A stretch of 64,000 bases of DNA, taken from Chrysemys picta bellii. Lineage: Eukaryota. Positions 11,166 through 24,920 of the stretch are shown piece by piece. A program made the position numbers and the translations under genes. Where the stretch lies: positions 34,658,001-34,722,000 of the forward strand of contig NC_088794.1 in NCBI RefSeq assembly GCF_011386835.1, given 5' to 3'. The notes below the pieces were generated by a model. It did no database searches. It worked only from the letters and a program-made list of their open reading frames with translations, and was not told where the DNA came from. Each line of letters begins with the position of its first letter. Within the stretch, counting starts at the first letter, position 1.

Positions 11166-13901
11166 TGAAATACTGATAGTATTTCTTGCCCCAGGGATAC
11201 TGCTGATGTTTCACTGTATCTGACCCCAACCAACTAGAGTTTTCATTTCTGCTATGCTAAATAAAAGCAAGATAGAAACATTCAATTAGTTCCACTTTGA
11301 TTAGTTCGGAAAAATATGCTTGCAAAGGAATACTGGCTTTCAACACTTCCTTATACCTGGGTGTACTTATTGGAAACACTTGACTCAGATAAGAATTTTA
11401 ATTCCCTACACTGCATGTAACAAATCAATTAATCATGTAATCATCACTAACAAAATATTCACTTGAGGAGTATGAGAAATGATACAATTACTAATATCTC
11501 AGCTGTTACATTAATGTGTTACTTTAGTCAGGTGGTAAATATCACCATTGATCTCCTAAGGCTCATGCATTTAAAAAGTATTACAGGTTAGGTTCCTGAA
11601 TGGAAGCATGTAGTGATGGAATTATAGTGGAGACCAAAAGAACCTGATCTTGCTACTAAATCTGGCGCTAGACTGCCAAACTTTCCTGATAATCCTGATT
11701 ACAACAGAGCTACCAGGCTATATATGTATGGTATGTAATAGTTAGTAGGACTCATTTGTTTGTTTACATTTGCAGTTTAAAAGAAGGAAATGTCAGTCAG
11801 ATGTAGATAGGAGAAACGTCTGTACCCTACATAGAAAGATCATCATACTTCGTAGCTCAAGCATGGATTCACAAAGCAGAATAATGTTTCAACAAAGGAT
11901 TACGAAGTAGACTATTTTTTTTTCAATCTCACCCCATAGCTTTTACCATCACAGTTAAGAAACCAAATATATATTTCAATTACCAACCTCCTCCCTCCCA
12001 CGGAAGCCTCTTAGCACTCTACACATTATTTAACTCAAAACTATTATCTTATTGATCAAACTGAAAAACCTGAGTTATAAACAAACTCCGTTGTCTCCTC
12101 CCAACTCTTATTCAGAAAAGACATCAACAGACCCTACATATCAAATGCATTCTGTAAAAAAGGGTTTTTTAAAATATCAACTAGCTTGTATGTATTTTTA
12201 ATAAGCATGCTATTTTATCATTCCCAATATAGCAAGTTGTTTACCTTTATATTAAAGAAATCACAGATTCAATCCCTGACTTGCCCTGCCTTGAGATGAT
12301 CCTAATTAAGAAAGGTAGCTATGCTAAAATGAAAACCTGTGATTGATCAGTGGGCGTCTCCCACATATTATGAGGCTGTAAAACTGTATATAATATTCCG
12401 TCTTCCAGGATTGAGTGAAATGGAAAATCAAGAGCACTTTTGCTGCTTTTTCAGTTTGTTTTTGTCACAGTGTTTGAAACTACATTTCTCGCTTCACAGT
12501 GGACCAGATTTTGACCTCAGTTAAACGGAGCTGTTCTGGATTTATACTAGAATAACTAATATCAGACTCTGGGCCTTTGGTTTTGAAAAAACAGAATGAC
12601 GACAAGTCTAGGCAAATGAATGTTAATGTCTCATAAATAATGCAATTCTCATAGGATTGGCACCTTGAAACGCAATTTAGAACAATCTGGAAGGGTTGTA
12701 ATTCCTCCTCTTTTGGCATGATTTGAATTACAGAGAGGATACAAAGTAATAAAAGGATATTAATAGCAAAATATATTTTCAGCCAATGAGAGTGGGAATG
12801 TGTGCCTTTTTAAAACTTCCCTCACTGTGGCAGAAAATGTTGCTACTTCAGAACATGGATTTTACATATCTTTACATTTAATTTTAATTAACAAATATGC
12901 ATTTGGTGGTGATTGGTTTTAAAGAAAAATTCCACAATTTTCCACAAAAAAACAGCTGTACACATTCTCTTTAACTGCTATGATACACACAAACATGTTT
13001 GTGTATTTTTTTTGTTTAAAATTTACTTCAGATGTAATTAAAGTCAAAAATATGGGCACAGGCAGGTGAACATTTGTTAACATTAAGATTCAGTTTTAAA
13101 GTAACTGACTATTTCATTCATTTGAAAGAGCTTCCAAAACAATATTTCCATTTACAGCAAAATGACAACCATCTGAAGCCCCAATTAAGGATAAATGACT
13201 GCAACATTTCTCTCTCTTTTCTGAAATCAACAGTACTTTTAAATGCCCACTTCAACACAAAATGCTATTTTTCTCCTTTCAGCTATGTATAATTATTTCA
13301 TTATCTTTACTGAAAGCAGCACTAACTGCCTTATTAACTCTAATCTGCAACTCTTGATCAAACATATGTAAAGTTACTTGTACGCAAAGAATTTTCAGTT
13401 CTCATTTAAAGTTGTTGCTTTACTTAGAAGGATAGGAGGGGACTTTTCTATTTTTAGGATATTTGGGATCTTTCTCCATCTTAAAACTTTGTTAGCCTCT
13501 GGGAAATTTGGCAGAGTATTTCCCTCTTTCCACTGTTTAATGCCAAAAGATTTTCTTGCTCCTAAAAATAGATTAATCAGGAGAGAATCTGGCTGAAAAT
13601 GTTCATATACATATTTACCCTAATTATACTGGGAATAATAAAACTATAGTACATATATGCACCTAAAGTTGTTTTGTAAGTAAATGCTTGGAGCGGCAAC
13701 ATCCCATTTACAATAGTGACTGTGGCTTTATGCCTTATACCATTCACCAAGGTGTGAAAAAAATCACCTAGAAAATTGTTTAAGACAAGGCAAAAGAAAA
13801 AAAACCTTTTTTCAAAATATTATTCTAAACTAAGAGTAATAAACATGTAATAGACATGCTTTACAGAAATCCAGTCTAAAAAGCTGAATGAAAAATACAA
13901 A

Positions 13902-13997
13902 AAAAACAGGAGTACTTATGGCACCTTAGAGACTAACAAATTTATTAGAGCATAAGCTTTCGTGGACTACAGCCCACTTCTTCGGATGCATACATTC
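13902..13997 (-). mobile_element. Penelope-like element pseudo-LTR fragment
   Basis: Near-identical to 56783-56866; flanked by 13-bp duplication TGAAAAATACAAA (13889-13901, 13998-14010). Confidence 0.85.
13950..13989 (-). ncRNA. Minimal type I hammerhead-ribozyme-like motif in PLE pLTR
   Basis: Minus strand reads GCAT-CCGAAGA-A-GTGGGCTGTAGTCCAC-GAAA-GCTT-ATGC: stem I GCAT/ATGC, stem II GTGG/CCAC, palindromic AGCT stem III. Core deviates from CUGANGA (U4C, extra A). Confidence 0.55.
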
Positions 13998-16900
13998 TGA
14001 AAAATACAAAGGCTCTCTACACAACCAGGCACTAAGATTTAAAGGACCAGAGGACTGAAATATGACACATTTTATTATGGAGTAACCAAACAATGTCCTC
14101 TTGACTTTGTATAAATACACCAGTTAGTTGCATGTCTTATTGCTTCATTATAAACCACTGTGTATGGAGACAAAACCTATACATTTGAACGTAACAAAGG
14201 TTTTCCAACTTTCAAAATAAAAACTATGTATTAAGTTTTTTGTTGTGCACTTCAGCAGTATTGGAAAGATTGCACTGTTCTACCCACATTGTACTTGTTC
14301 TGTGAATAATTTCAGTCTTCTGAGCTATTAATGTAGCACCTTTCTTGAACAGTACATTCAATAATGGAGCAAGAAGAAAATGAATTGTCCAGAGATATGA
14401 AAGATTAAATTAGAGCAGATCACTTGGGCCTTACAAACTCTAGTTCTCTCTTTCCCTTTCTTCTCACGCTCATTTCCTCCCCCCCCCACGCCTTCCTCAA
14501 ACTACCAGTTCCCATCATTAGTCCTCCACCTCTCTCTGTTGTGTTGAATATTTGCTTCTGGAAACAGCATGAGTGCCATAATAGGATTAGAAAAGCGTCT
14601 TTAAGCAGTATTAACATGCCTGTTGTAGTGAGGACACCTGGAAGGTCGTGTCAGAATCGTAGTAGCCATGGCATATACCATCCCAAACCTTACTTTCACC
14701 TGTGCAAGTTCTGATACATGATAAATTGCCCAACATTTTCTTACATTTGGTGATAGCTGAGTGCAAAAAAAAAATCATGGAGACAAGTGTGCAACGACAT
14801 CTTAAATTATCTCAAAGCATAAGACTATCTGGCCTTAGAAATTTCCAAAACGCTACTTTTTCTTTCCTAATTACGTCAACATCCCCTCAACTGGACACTA
14901 TGTTTTCATGACTCTCCTTCTGGGCCTGGGGACGGTTGAAACTCCCTCTGGAGCTCATCCAGGGAGCTCTGAGCACTAGCTTGCAAGTGCCTACTGAGAG
15001 CAACAAGACTTTCAGCCCACCAAGGGATTGAGCATAATGGCCCTGCAGTGCTCTATCCCCTACCGGCCCAGGAAGCAAGGGTCTGAGCTTGGAATTACAA
15101 TTAATCCCATGTGTGGCAACACAACATGCTTTTCACTTCTAAAATATGTTTACGCATATGAAATTAGAGTGGGTCATTTGAATTTAAGCATTGGTAGGAA
15201 TTTGGATGCTAAAAGTTGCAGGTACAGTTTTGAAAGCATCTTTCAATATTAGCCTGTATGGTCATCTGCTACATATTAGATTTCTATTCTCTTTTTCACC
15301 AGAGAACAAAGATTTTTCTCCAAGGATCAAAGAAGTTATTTTCAGATACTACTGTCTAACTGCAAAAAAAAAAAAAAAAAAAAATAAAAGGGGGGGGGGA
15401 AGGAGGGATTCCAATGAACTATGCCTGGCAAGGTACTAAACAAGTTCACCATCATATAAAATCAACTTGTGTATTAGAACAGAAGAGGGGCTAGGGGCAT
15501 GTAAAGCTTTACTTTTCATTACAAACTGCCGTTTCAAAGCCATATGGCAGGGGTACCACCTGGGAATTCTCTCTGCCCACGATGACTAATTGCCACAGCT
15601 CCTGCTACAATTATATCTACAGAGACAAGGTAAGAATGACCTTAAGTGGGGAAAGCACAGAAGAGGATGATATTGTAGCTAGATGTTGAAGAGAAACAGA
15701 TGGGGCTGTTAGCTGTAAAAATATCAGCTTCCCAACTTTAAAGGGAAGAATCTGAACAATTTAAGGAAAACACTGCTTGGTATGGCTTAAAAATTCATAT
15801 TACAATAATTAAAAGACTGACTGCCCTATCCTCCAGGGTTAGTAGCTTGTCTCCAAGGCTGTAGGTGATGTTGTTTTTTGTTTATTTTTAAATTGTAATT
15901 GTGTATATGCATAAGGAGATGGGTTATAATTTGTTCCCCTTTCATTCTCCCTAGTAGCTACTGGCTCAGCAATGTAATCCCTGGTATCACTTAAACACGG
16001 GCATTCTACCATAGTGGCATAATATTGCTACTGCTACTGGAAGCTGTAAGATTTTGATGCATTCCTGCAGCATAGCACAGCTCTAAGTAAGGGACTATCA
16101 CTGTTAGATGACAGATTCTGTACTTATCACCAAAGAGTCCTTCACATGAGTCAAATCCAAAGGTCACAAAGAGAAACAAAAAATCACGTCTTCAAAACAT
16201 TCCAGAAACTAATATTACTGGCATCACAAGGAGACTCTGGTACCTGCAGTGGGAAACTGAATTGGTTCCTCAAAGTGTGATTTCACGTCAGTAACTGCCA
16301 ACACTGGCTGCTGCGCCGGTCAGTCAGCTCTTTTCAAAGCCATTAGATTGAGAGGTAATGAGGTGAATTTTCAGGATTGCTCATTTTGACTGAGTGCTTC
16401 TGAAATTTTGATATAGAAGAAGAAACCAAGAGAATAAAGTGATGGTGGTAACATATGATCAGCAGCTAGAGACTGGAGAAACATACTAGAAGAAGCACAA
16501 CACATTTTATTAAGGTGTTTATCTAGGTAGTTGCCAATCTGAGAAAAGGGAGATGATTTCTGTCCCTGGATTACTTGGGTAAGTAACAGAAAGTGAAACA
16601 CGTTGCTACTTGGTTTGGGTTACAGGGAAAGAAGAAGGTTTTTTGATTGAAATCAGACAATCTACTTATTGGTCTTATTCATTTTCTTGACATGAAACAG
16701 ATTTCAATTACAATAGGGGCCCTAACCCTTTTTGTTTGGTCTGCTGACAGAAAAGCTGCATTGTAACAATAGTAGGAACATCGCTAATTATCTGCCTCAT
16801 TTGCGATCAAATACAATTAAGTAGCACTAATTATTTGCTGTGTAACAGCTAAAGTGTGGAAGAGGGTAACCAATCTTTATAATAACCTAATTAATAGACC

Positions 16901-17559
16901 TGATTGGCATGCACTGTACCTGCATGAATATAACTGAACCGCACATATTCATAATTGGATCTGACTGGACACCCAGTTTTTAAACTAGAGGGTAAAACCC
17001 TCATTGTCACTACTAAGTTATTCTAAGGATGTATCCAAATAAGAACACAATACGAAGGTCTCAGCTCAGGATAATCTCCCCAAAGAATTCACACTCTTCA
17101 GACCATCACACAGTATTTCACACCTCCAAAGGGTTTTACAAACATTAACTAATTTGGAGAGGGATGTGCAAGTAATAAGATTAAAATAAAATCTGGAAGA
17201 AGTTACTCACCTTGTGCAGTAATGTTGATCTTCGAGATGTCTCCCCCTATGGGTGACTCCACTGTAGTTGCACTTGTATCGCTGTGCTACTGATTGGAGA
17301 ACTTTGGTAGCAGTGTCTGTTAGACCCACACGTCCTCCTCATGCCCCGCCACGAGGCCAGCCAGTGCTTGCGGGCTAACCCTCCTCAGTTCCTTCTCTAC
17401 CACAGTCATTGGCAAGAGCTCAGAAGTAGAGAGGAGGAGAGTGGATTGTGATGCACCCATAGGGACACATATTGAAGAGCCATCGTTACTGCACAAGGTG
17501 AGCAACTTCTTCTTCTTCTTCGAGTAGTGTCCCTATGGGTGCTCCACTGTAGGTGGCTC

Positions 17560-18040
17560 CCGAGCAGTACCCACCACTGGAGGGCTGGGACTTTGGAGTT
17601 GGGTCAGTTACAGATGACAGCACTGTGGAGCCGAAGATGGTATCAGAGGAGGAGTCCCCACTGATGGCATAATGTTCTGCGAAGGTGTGGACTGTTGCCC
17701 ATGTCACCGCTCTACAGATTTCTGAGATAGGGACATTCTTGAAGAAGGCGAGGGATGAGGAGATCGACCTTGTGGAGTGTGTATGAACAGTATCTGGAGG
17801 GGTCCTATTGTGAACTTGGTAACACTGTCTCCAATGCCGTTTGAGACCTACTTGGAGAGTCTCTGGGCTGATAATGCTGAGCCCTTGGATCTTTCTGTAA
17901 GGGGGAGGAAAAGACTAACCAAATCCGAAACCTGGACCATTTTTGCAGGTATACACATCATGTCAAGGACTTTCTACTGTATAATATCTCTTGTATCTCC
18001 TTCAAAACACGAGCTTTCTAGGTTTTGGAACCAAGAAGGA
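17560..18040 (-). pseudogene. DIRS tyrosine recombinase, internally deleted
   Basis: KWSRFRIW joins almost directly (about 17915) to ERSKGSALSAQRLSK...HSTR...ICRAVTW...HY; the TSARR box is missing. Confidence 0.75.
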
Positions 18041-18319
18041 GCCATGCTTTCATGTAGAGTACGTCCGCTGTTCCGCAAGAGGAGGTATGGGGTGATTGGG
18101 AGAGGGATTGACGTCGTGAGCTGTGACAGGTAAGGGTACCAAGTGCGATCAATCAATATGATGTGCTCCATCTCTTTTATTTTCAGCAGGACTTCTGACA
18201 GTAGGGGACAGAAAGGAAAGGCATGGAGAAGATCCCCGGCCCAGGGAAGGAGTGCATCGCCCAGGGAGATTTGTTGTCCTATTCCTGCTCTGGAGAAGTA
18301 GCGTCAACATTTCCTGTTC

Positions 18320-19700
18320 AGGTGAGCGGTGAACAGGTTGTGGTCGGTATTCCACGGCACTGGAATAGATCGTTAAGTACTACTGGGTCTGGCTCCCACT
18401 CGTGGTTGTGTGGGAATCTGCGACTGAGACTGTCCGCTATGAAGTTTTGTGCGCCCAGGAGGTAGGCTACTGACAGTGTGATGTTATGGAAGATGCACCA
18501 GTTCCATAATCTCAGTCTCTGCACAGAGGAAGGGCGACCTGGCTCCTCCTTGTCGATTTATGTACTACATACATGCTATGCTGCCTGTTAGGAATCTTGT
18601 GTGCTATCCTTTCATCAGCAGAAGGTCGTGAGCGCAGGCAATCCTGATCGCCCTGAGCTCGAGGAAGTTGATGTAACTAGATATCTCTGTGGGTGACTAC
18701 TTGCTGTGTGTCATGAGGTCGTTTAGCTGTACACCCCATCCTATGAGCGATGCATCAGTGGGTAGAAGCAAGGATGGGGGAAGGGAGTTGTGAGAAGGGG
18801 ATCCCTTTGCAAACATTGGCTGGGTCTTTCCACCAGTCTAAGGAGTTCTTGATCCTTGTGGGTAGTGACAGGGCTTTGTCTAATCTGTCCCTGTTTGGCT
18901 GTAAACTGAGCTGAGTCACACCTGGAGGCATCCCATGTGATGCCTGGCACGTAGTATTACTGCTGTGCCTGCTGCCATATGCCCCAAGAGTTGGAGGCAG
19001 TACTGGCTGATATTTGCAGGCTGTTTTGAATGGTCTCTATGAGTTTGGCCAGATAAAGGAATCTGTGTTGAGGTAGACCACCTCTGGCCTGAAATGAGTT
19101 GAGGTCAGCCCCTATGAATTCCAGATGTTGCACTGGAATGAGGGTTGCTTTTTGGCCATTGACCTGTAAGCCCTGGTTTGTAAAAAAGTGCATTGCAGCT
19201 TTGGTGATTTGGTGAGCCTCTTGGACAGGTCGGGCTCTAAGGAGGCAATTGTCCAGATAAGGGAAAATCATGATCTCTTGGGAGCATAGGTGTGCGGCCA
19301 CTACTGAGAGAACCTTGGAAAATACTCTTGGGGCAAACAATAGCCCAAAGTGATGGTAATAGTCTTGTCCCAGAGTGAATCTGAAATTGTCTGTGAGTCA
19401 GTAGGATTGAAATACGAAAGTAGGCATCGTGAAGGTTGAGGGCTGAAAACCAGTCTCCCTGTTCCAGCATTGGAATGAATGCTGCTAGAGTGACCATCTT
19501 GAATTTTTGAGCTTTGACTAACTTGTTGAGAGCTCTGAGGTCTATATGGGTCTCCAACCTCCCTTCCTCTTGGGTAGTAGGAAATAGCAAGCCCTATAGA
19601 TGTTGACGTACTGGTTTTAAGGCTCCTAACTGGAGAAGAATATCTACCTCTTGTTGTAGTAAACTCTTGTGAGAAGAGGGACAGGGAAGGTTGTTGTGGA
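18320..19700 (-). pseudogene. DIRS RT/RNase H remnant
   Basis: ORFs 19237..19590, 18957..19340 and 18318..18524 carry RT and RNase H motifs in broken frames. Confidence 0.85.
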
Positions 19701-22700
19701 GGGGACAGGGAGGTCAAATGGATAGAGTATCCACTGTGAACAATCTCTTGGACCCATCAGTCCGAGGTTGTATATTCCCAGGTGCTGCAGAATGCTGCAA
19801 AAGGTAGCCAAAAGGGATGATAGCGGTGGTCAGCTGTAGCAGTTGGGGAGGAGTGGTCTATCAACCCCTCAACCAACATGTCAAAACTGGTTTTCGGAGG
19901 TAGACGCCTAGTATGAGGAAGGTTGTGGGGGCCAGATGGTTTACGCCTCCAAAATTTATTCTTTTGTCCTCTGTGGCTTGTATTAGGGTTGAGCCAGATA
20001 TTGAAAGGTGTGTGGTTTGTGCTGGGGCTACCGACTAAACTTCCTCTTTTGTCCTGGCATATAGATGCCCAGCAAATGGAGAGTGGCTCGAGAATACTTC
20101 AGGGTGTGAAGAGAGCCATCAGTCTTTTCTGCAAAGAGTTTAGTGCCTTCAAAGGGAAGATTTTTGATCGTTAACTGTACCTCCTTCTGGAAGCCCGAGA
20201 GATGGAGTCATGATGCATGTCGCATCACCACTGCCATGGAGATGGAACTAGCTGATGTACTGGCTGCATCGAGAGCAGATTGTAGCGTTGTTTTTGCTAC
20301 TGACAGTCCCTCCTAAATAATGCCCTTGAATTGGTTGCGATGTGACTCAGGCAGCTGCTCAATAAAATCATTCAGTTTTGAATAATATAGGTAGTCGTAT
20401 TTCGACATTGGGGCTTGGTAGTTGGCAACTCAAAACTGAAGTGTGGCCGAAGAGTATGCCTTCCTCCTGAAAAGTTCCAAATACTTCCACTCCCTGTCAT
20501 AGGGAGCAGACCTCATCTGGTGTTGACGGCCCTGGGAATTAACAGTGTTCACCATGGTGGAGTTGGGTGGAGGGTGGGAGAAGAGGAACTCAGTCTCTCA
20601 CGCTGGGACATAATTTTTTTTTGTCTGCCTGGTTGCAGATAGGTGCTGCCAATGCTGTGGTCTGCCAGACAGTTCTTGTCAGGCCCAGAATGGCCTCGTT
20701 AATGGGTAGGGCAATTTTTGAGGAAGAGGATGAATGGAGCATGTCTGAGGTGGTGGTAGCATAGAGGTTGGTGGTGGTGCCCATGGGTGGGCGTACCAAG
20801 ATGATGGTGGTGGGGCCAACTGAGGGTATGCTCGTGGACCCTGTTGATATTGGGCATCGTAAGGAGTCTGGGAGGAGTACTGCGATGCCAACTCCTCAAG
20901 TTTTCTATCTGAGCCCTCACTAGACAGCAGGGGAGCATGACAGGACAGCGGGAAAGACTCCTGTGCCAGTCAAAGACTCGGTGCGGAGGTTCTGGCACGG
21001 AGAAGAGGAGACTCCAGGATGTCCAATACATGGAGGTCCTTAGAGTGTCGGAATTCTGGTGGTACCGACCAACTCGATGCCGTTGGCAGTACCAGGTGAG
21101 ATGGAGATCTTGTACCTACCAGTCATTCTGATGCCAACTGAGGCCTCACGCCCCCTCCCACACCCTAACCTCGAGCCTCTACTTCCACATGTATTAGGGA
21201 ATCATCTTCTGGCAAGAGGTTTTGCAACATTAAAAGCATATTGCTATGACTTATACCTTCAGCAAATTAATGTTTTACAATTTGAACAGTCACCAAGATT
21301 ATGTTTTTTCCATAATCAAAAAAATGTTAGCCATGAACAGTTTGTGGAAAACTCAGAAGACTGCCCAGATTTGCCAGACATTGAAACACTATCCAGAAAA
21401 GAAACAAAGTTCTTTCTCTCCAAGAGCAGACAGACAATTCTTAAATTTCATACCACAGGACACAGTAGGTGTTTCATATGAGCATAACAGCAGTAAAAAC
21501 ATAACTTAAAATACATGGTAATTAAATATGGTAATTAAATATTAAATATGGTTTGTCAAGTAAAAAGCTAAATAGGAAGCTTAAGTGGTATCTTTAAGTT
21601 TTTTTTTTCAGAAGCTAGAATTAGCCCTTTAAAAAGTTCCAGCACAAGCAATTCAAAATTTATGCCAACCACTGGAACTTTTTGATGTACTGTCCTGTGT
21701 TAACTTCAACCTCAAGCAAGGCAAAAAACAAACAAACAAAACCCCACTATGATAAATGGCTCCATCTTGGCTCATTTCTTAGGTTCTCCTTTCCCCATCC
21801 CCTTAATATTAGGAGTTCTCATCAAATGAGACAATGGAACTATGATCAAAAATCATACTTGACACATTGGTTTTGAAAATCCACCCCTACTATTTTTCCA
21901 ACTCTAGAAAGTAACAAACCAATCATTTCTTCCATCCCTGAACAAATGCAGAATTGTTCTGTACAGTATTGTCTATGCTCCTTTGCCAATCTAGTTTAAA
22001 TGTCTCCAGAGATGGAACTTCTATACAATTGTCAAACTGTGGCCTGAGGTAATTTTTATTACACACCTTTTCTCTTTCTTAATTTCACCACATTACACCT
22101 AGGGAATATGGATATCACATGCTGAATTATGCCCTTCCATAATTGGCATTCAGAGCTGACAAATGTTTGTGGTTAGGATTCTACAGAACACTTAAAATAC
22201 GTACAACTTGGCTAACTGAAGAAAGCGTTTGGAAAAGGATATAACTTTTTGGTAACCTGGTGACAGAGTCCATTTTGTCTCAAAGGGGCACCAGTTTGTC
22301 AGGAAAGCAGTTACAAATACACTGTTAGAAAAATGAAAGGTGTAACAAAGCCACTCCATAGGACTAAAGAGGTTGCATGGACCCAAAACTAGCAATGGTG
22401 CATTATATGGGTAACAGGGTCTTCCCATTAATTCTAAGTTTCAGACAGGTGTCTTAGGGAATTTCTGGACAAAGTTGCCTTTTTGTCTCTGAACAAAGTA
22501 AATTTTCATTCTGTAATCAAAGCATGTTTGAATTTTTGTTTAATATTTACAAACTTTAAGCAATTCCATATATTGAAATCCATATTACTGTGTTATGTTT
22601 TATCTGGGGAAAACACCCAGAAGATGCATGAAATTTGAAATATTAACTTAAAATCTAAGAGTTATTTTTATAAGAGTACTGAGTGTTCTCACTTGAGGTT

Positions 22701-23864
22701 TTTCAAGAGAACAGGTTATAGTAGCTACTGTATGTAACAGCAAGATAATATCTGCTTCTTAGCCTGTTCCTGCACTAATCTGAAAGAAGTGGAGATGGGG
22801 AAAAAATGATCTCAGCGTTGATCACTTACAAGATGGGCAATATGCTCAGAGAAGCATGTGATTAGGAAGAGGCACGGATCCAGAGAAAAACCAGCCCAGA
22901 GACATATTCAAAACAGAGGGAACAGAAAAAGAAAAAAAGAAAAAGAAAAAAAGATGTGCCTGGAGAAGCATACTCTTATGTTCAGTACGAAAGGCAGAAC
23001 ACAGAAGGATGAGAAAATGACATACAAATAATTCTGGTTGGAAATTTTTCACAGAGCTTTAATCACCAATAATACTTCAGAGGTTCATGATTTTCACATT
23101 TGTCTATAAAAGGACGCATAACTAATGGACTTGTCTCAGAACATTACTCAGGAGGAGAAAAGGATTGTGCAGTTCTAGTTCTGGTCTGATTTTTAAAGCT
23201 ACTGTCAAAACAAGACATTAAATTAGAGACTGATGTCACTTCAAAAGTTACACCTTACGAGCAAGAGCCTGGAAGAATGTGGCACTGCTCATGCTATGAC
23301 TGACTGGCCCTCTTGATGTTGAAAAAAGTGAGTTCTCAAATATACAAGTAATCTTTCTGAATGGCCCAGCACTGAAAAATTAAGCTGCAGTATTACAACT
23401 GTTTCTGGAAGTAGTTAATATGACAGCTTCCATTAGCACAAGCAAACTCAGAATAATTTAACTCCAGCGTCTTTTGAACTTACTAATTGGTTGCTTAAGT
23501 AACATTGCCTTCAAAATATACTTTAATGTAATCACTGTAGGTGATAAGTACTAGTAACGTTCAGAACTATGTATCCCAGAGCATGATCAAGTGTAATGAA
23601 CCTTACTGCTGATTTATCACACTAGGTGACCAAGTCAGAAAAAGTCAGTCATTAAGAAATGATTTCCCACTTACTACAAAATGCAAAGGCTTCACGAGAG
23701 GAGAAAATAGCGTGAAATGCATGATCTTACTGATACTGAAACATCAGTTTATTAATTCAAGATTGTTCTATAAAATTCTGAGATTTCAGAAGTGCAAACA
23801 AATCATTTGACTAGCTATTACTCAAGCTCTGCTGTGCCAGGTGGAAGCTGATCCGTAATTATGC

Positions 23865-23990
23865 TTAGCATTTGACATTCTCAAAGCACTTCACAAGGAT
23901 TATCCAGTTAATCTTTTGAACATCCTATTTTCCAAATGGAGAAAGAGGCAGCGACATTAGGTGACTCTCAAGGTCAGCAGTATACATTCC
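23865..23990 (-). repeat. Ancient MIR/CORE-SINE-like remnant
   Basis: CAAAGCACTTCACA...CCTATTTTCCAAATGGAGAAAGAGGCAG...TAGGTGACT resembles the antisense CORE consensus. Confidence 0.4.
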
Positions 23991-24920
23991 ACTCCCCGTC
24001 AAAGTCATCCCTGAGACAGGGGTTGGGACACGTACAAAAAAGTGGTTCAAGTGTGATTGACAATCAGTTATTGTGTACTTCTAGCTTCTTCTAGTAAACA
24101 GGGTTTGTTTAAATACATTATTTTTAATACCATTACAACAATTAAAATAATTGGTGGGCAAAGGGGCCTTACATATTTGATCCATTTCCATTTGACAAAC
24201 TGGGATGCTTTCCCTGAAAAGAGCTACGAACAGTACAACTTTTGATTACTTCCCAACTCAGACACCAGTATTACAGAGAAAGTATTATCTTTGTAGATAA
24301 GACTGTAGATTTCAATTTAAAAAACAATTTGTTTCCTTCCATCAATATGAAATATGGCTTAAGTTTTACAGGTACATTCTATCAGGGAAATTTCAAACAT
24401 TTGGGGTTAATTATTTTAGGCATACAGGAGATATGAAATAGTTTTTTTAAAAGGACTGTTCACTTTTTAAAAAAGCTCCTTAACTTTTATTTGCTGTCCC
24501 TTCTCAAAAAAGCACTTAATATACCAATCTTAAAATGTATTATATTATGCTAGCCTCAGAGTAGCGCCTTTAACTGGTTTTGGTAAGTGTGCTAATTAAT
24601 TTTTGACTGCATAATCACATGTACTCCAAAATGTCGCTGTAAGTATAGGCCAGTCCCTAGCTGTCTAGTATCGTATGGAGTATACCATGAGCTCAGAGGC
24701 AAGTGTTCTATAGCCTCCCAACCTCTAGCCTATGATGGATTCCCATAAATAGTCCCAGCAAATGATTCTTTTATTAAGGCTGCTAGAAATAAAAGGTGCA
24801 AACACCTTAGACACAATTGTTTCAACAAAAAGATAGGAGTGAGATAACTCAGCCCCTAAAGGCAGCTCAGTCCAGTCCAATAGTATAAAAGATAATAAGG
24901 TCCCAGTGTAAACTCTCCAT

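Larger units (their letters stand above)
17196..21180 (-). mobile_element. Second DIRS retrotransposon (different family), 5'-truncated, with intact 3' terminal repeat and ICR
   Basis: gag remnant about 19950-21180; RT (KAQKFKMVTL, LNLHDAYF, IFPYLDN); RNase H (NFIADSLSRRF); MT; YR with HSTR (17768-17779) and TWATVHTFAEHY; inverted terminal structure 17196-17555. Confidence 0.93.

Noticed and set aside
21059-21481. 140-aa ORF as a host exon
   Set aside because: Begins inside the DIRS remnant; no recognisable domain or clean splice sites.
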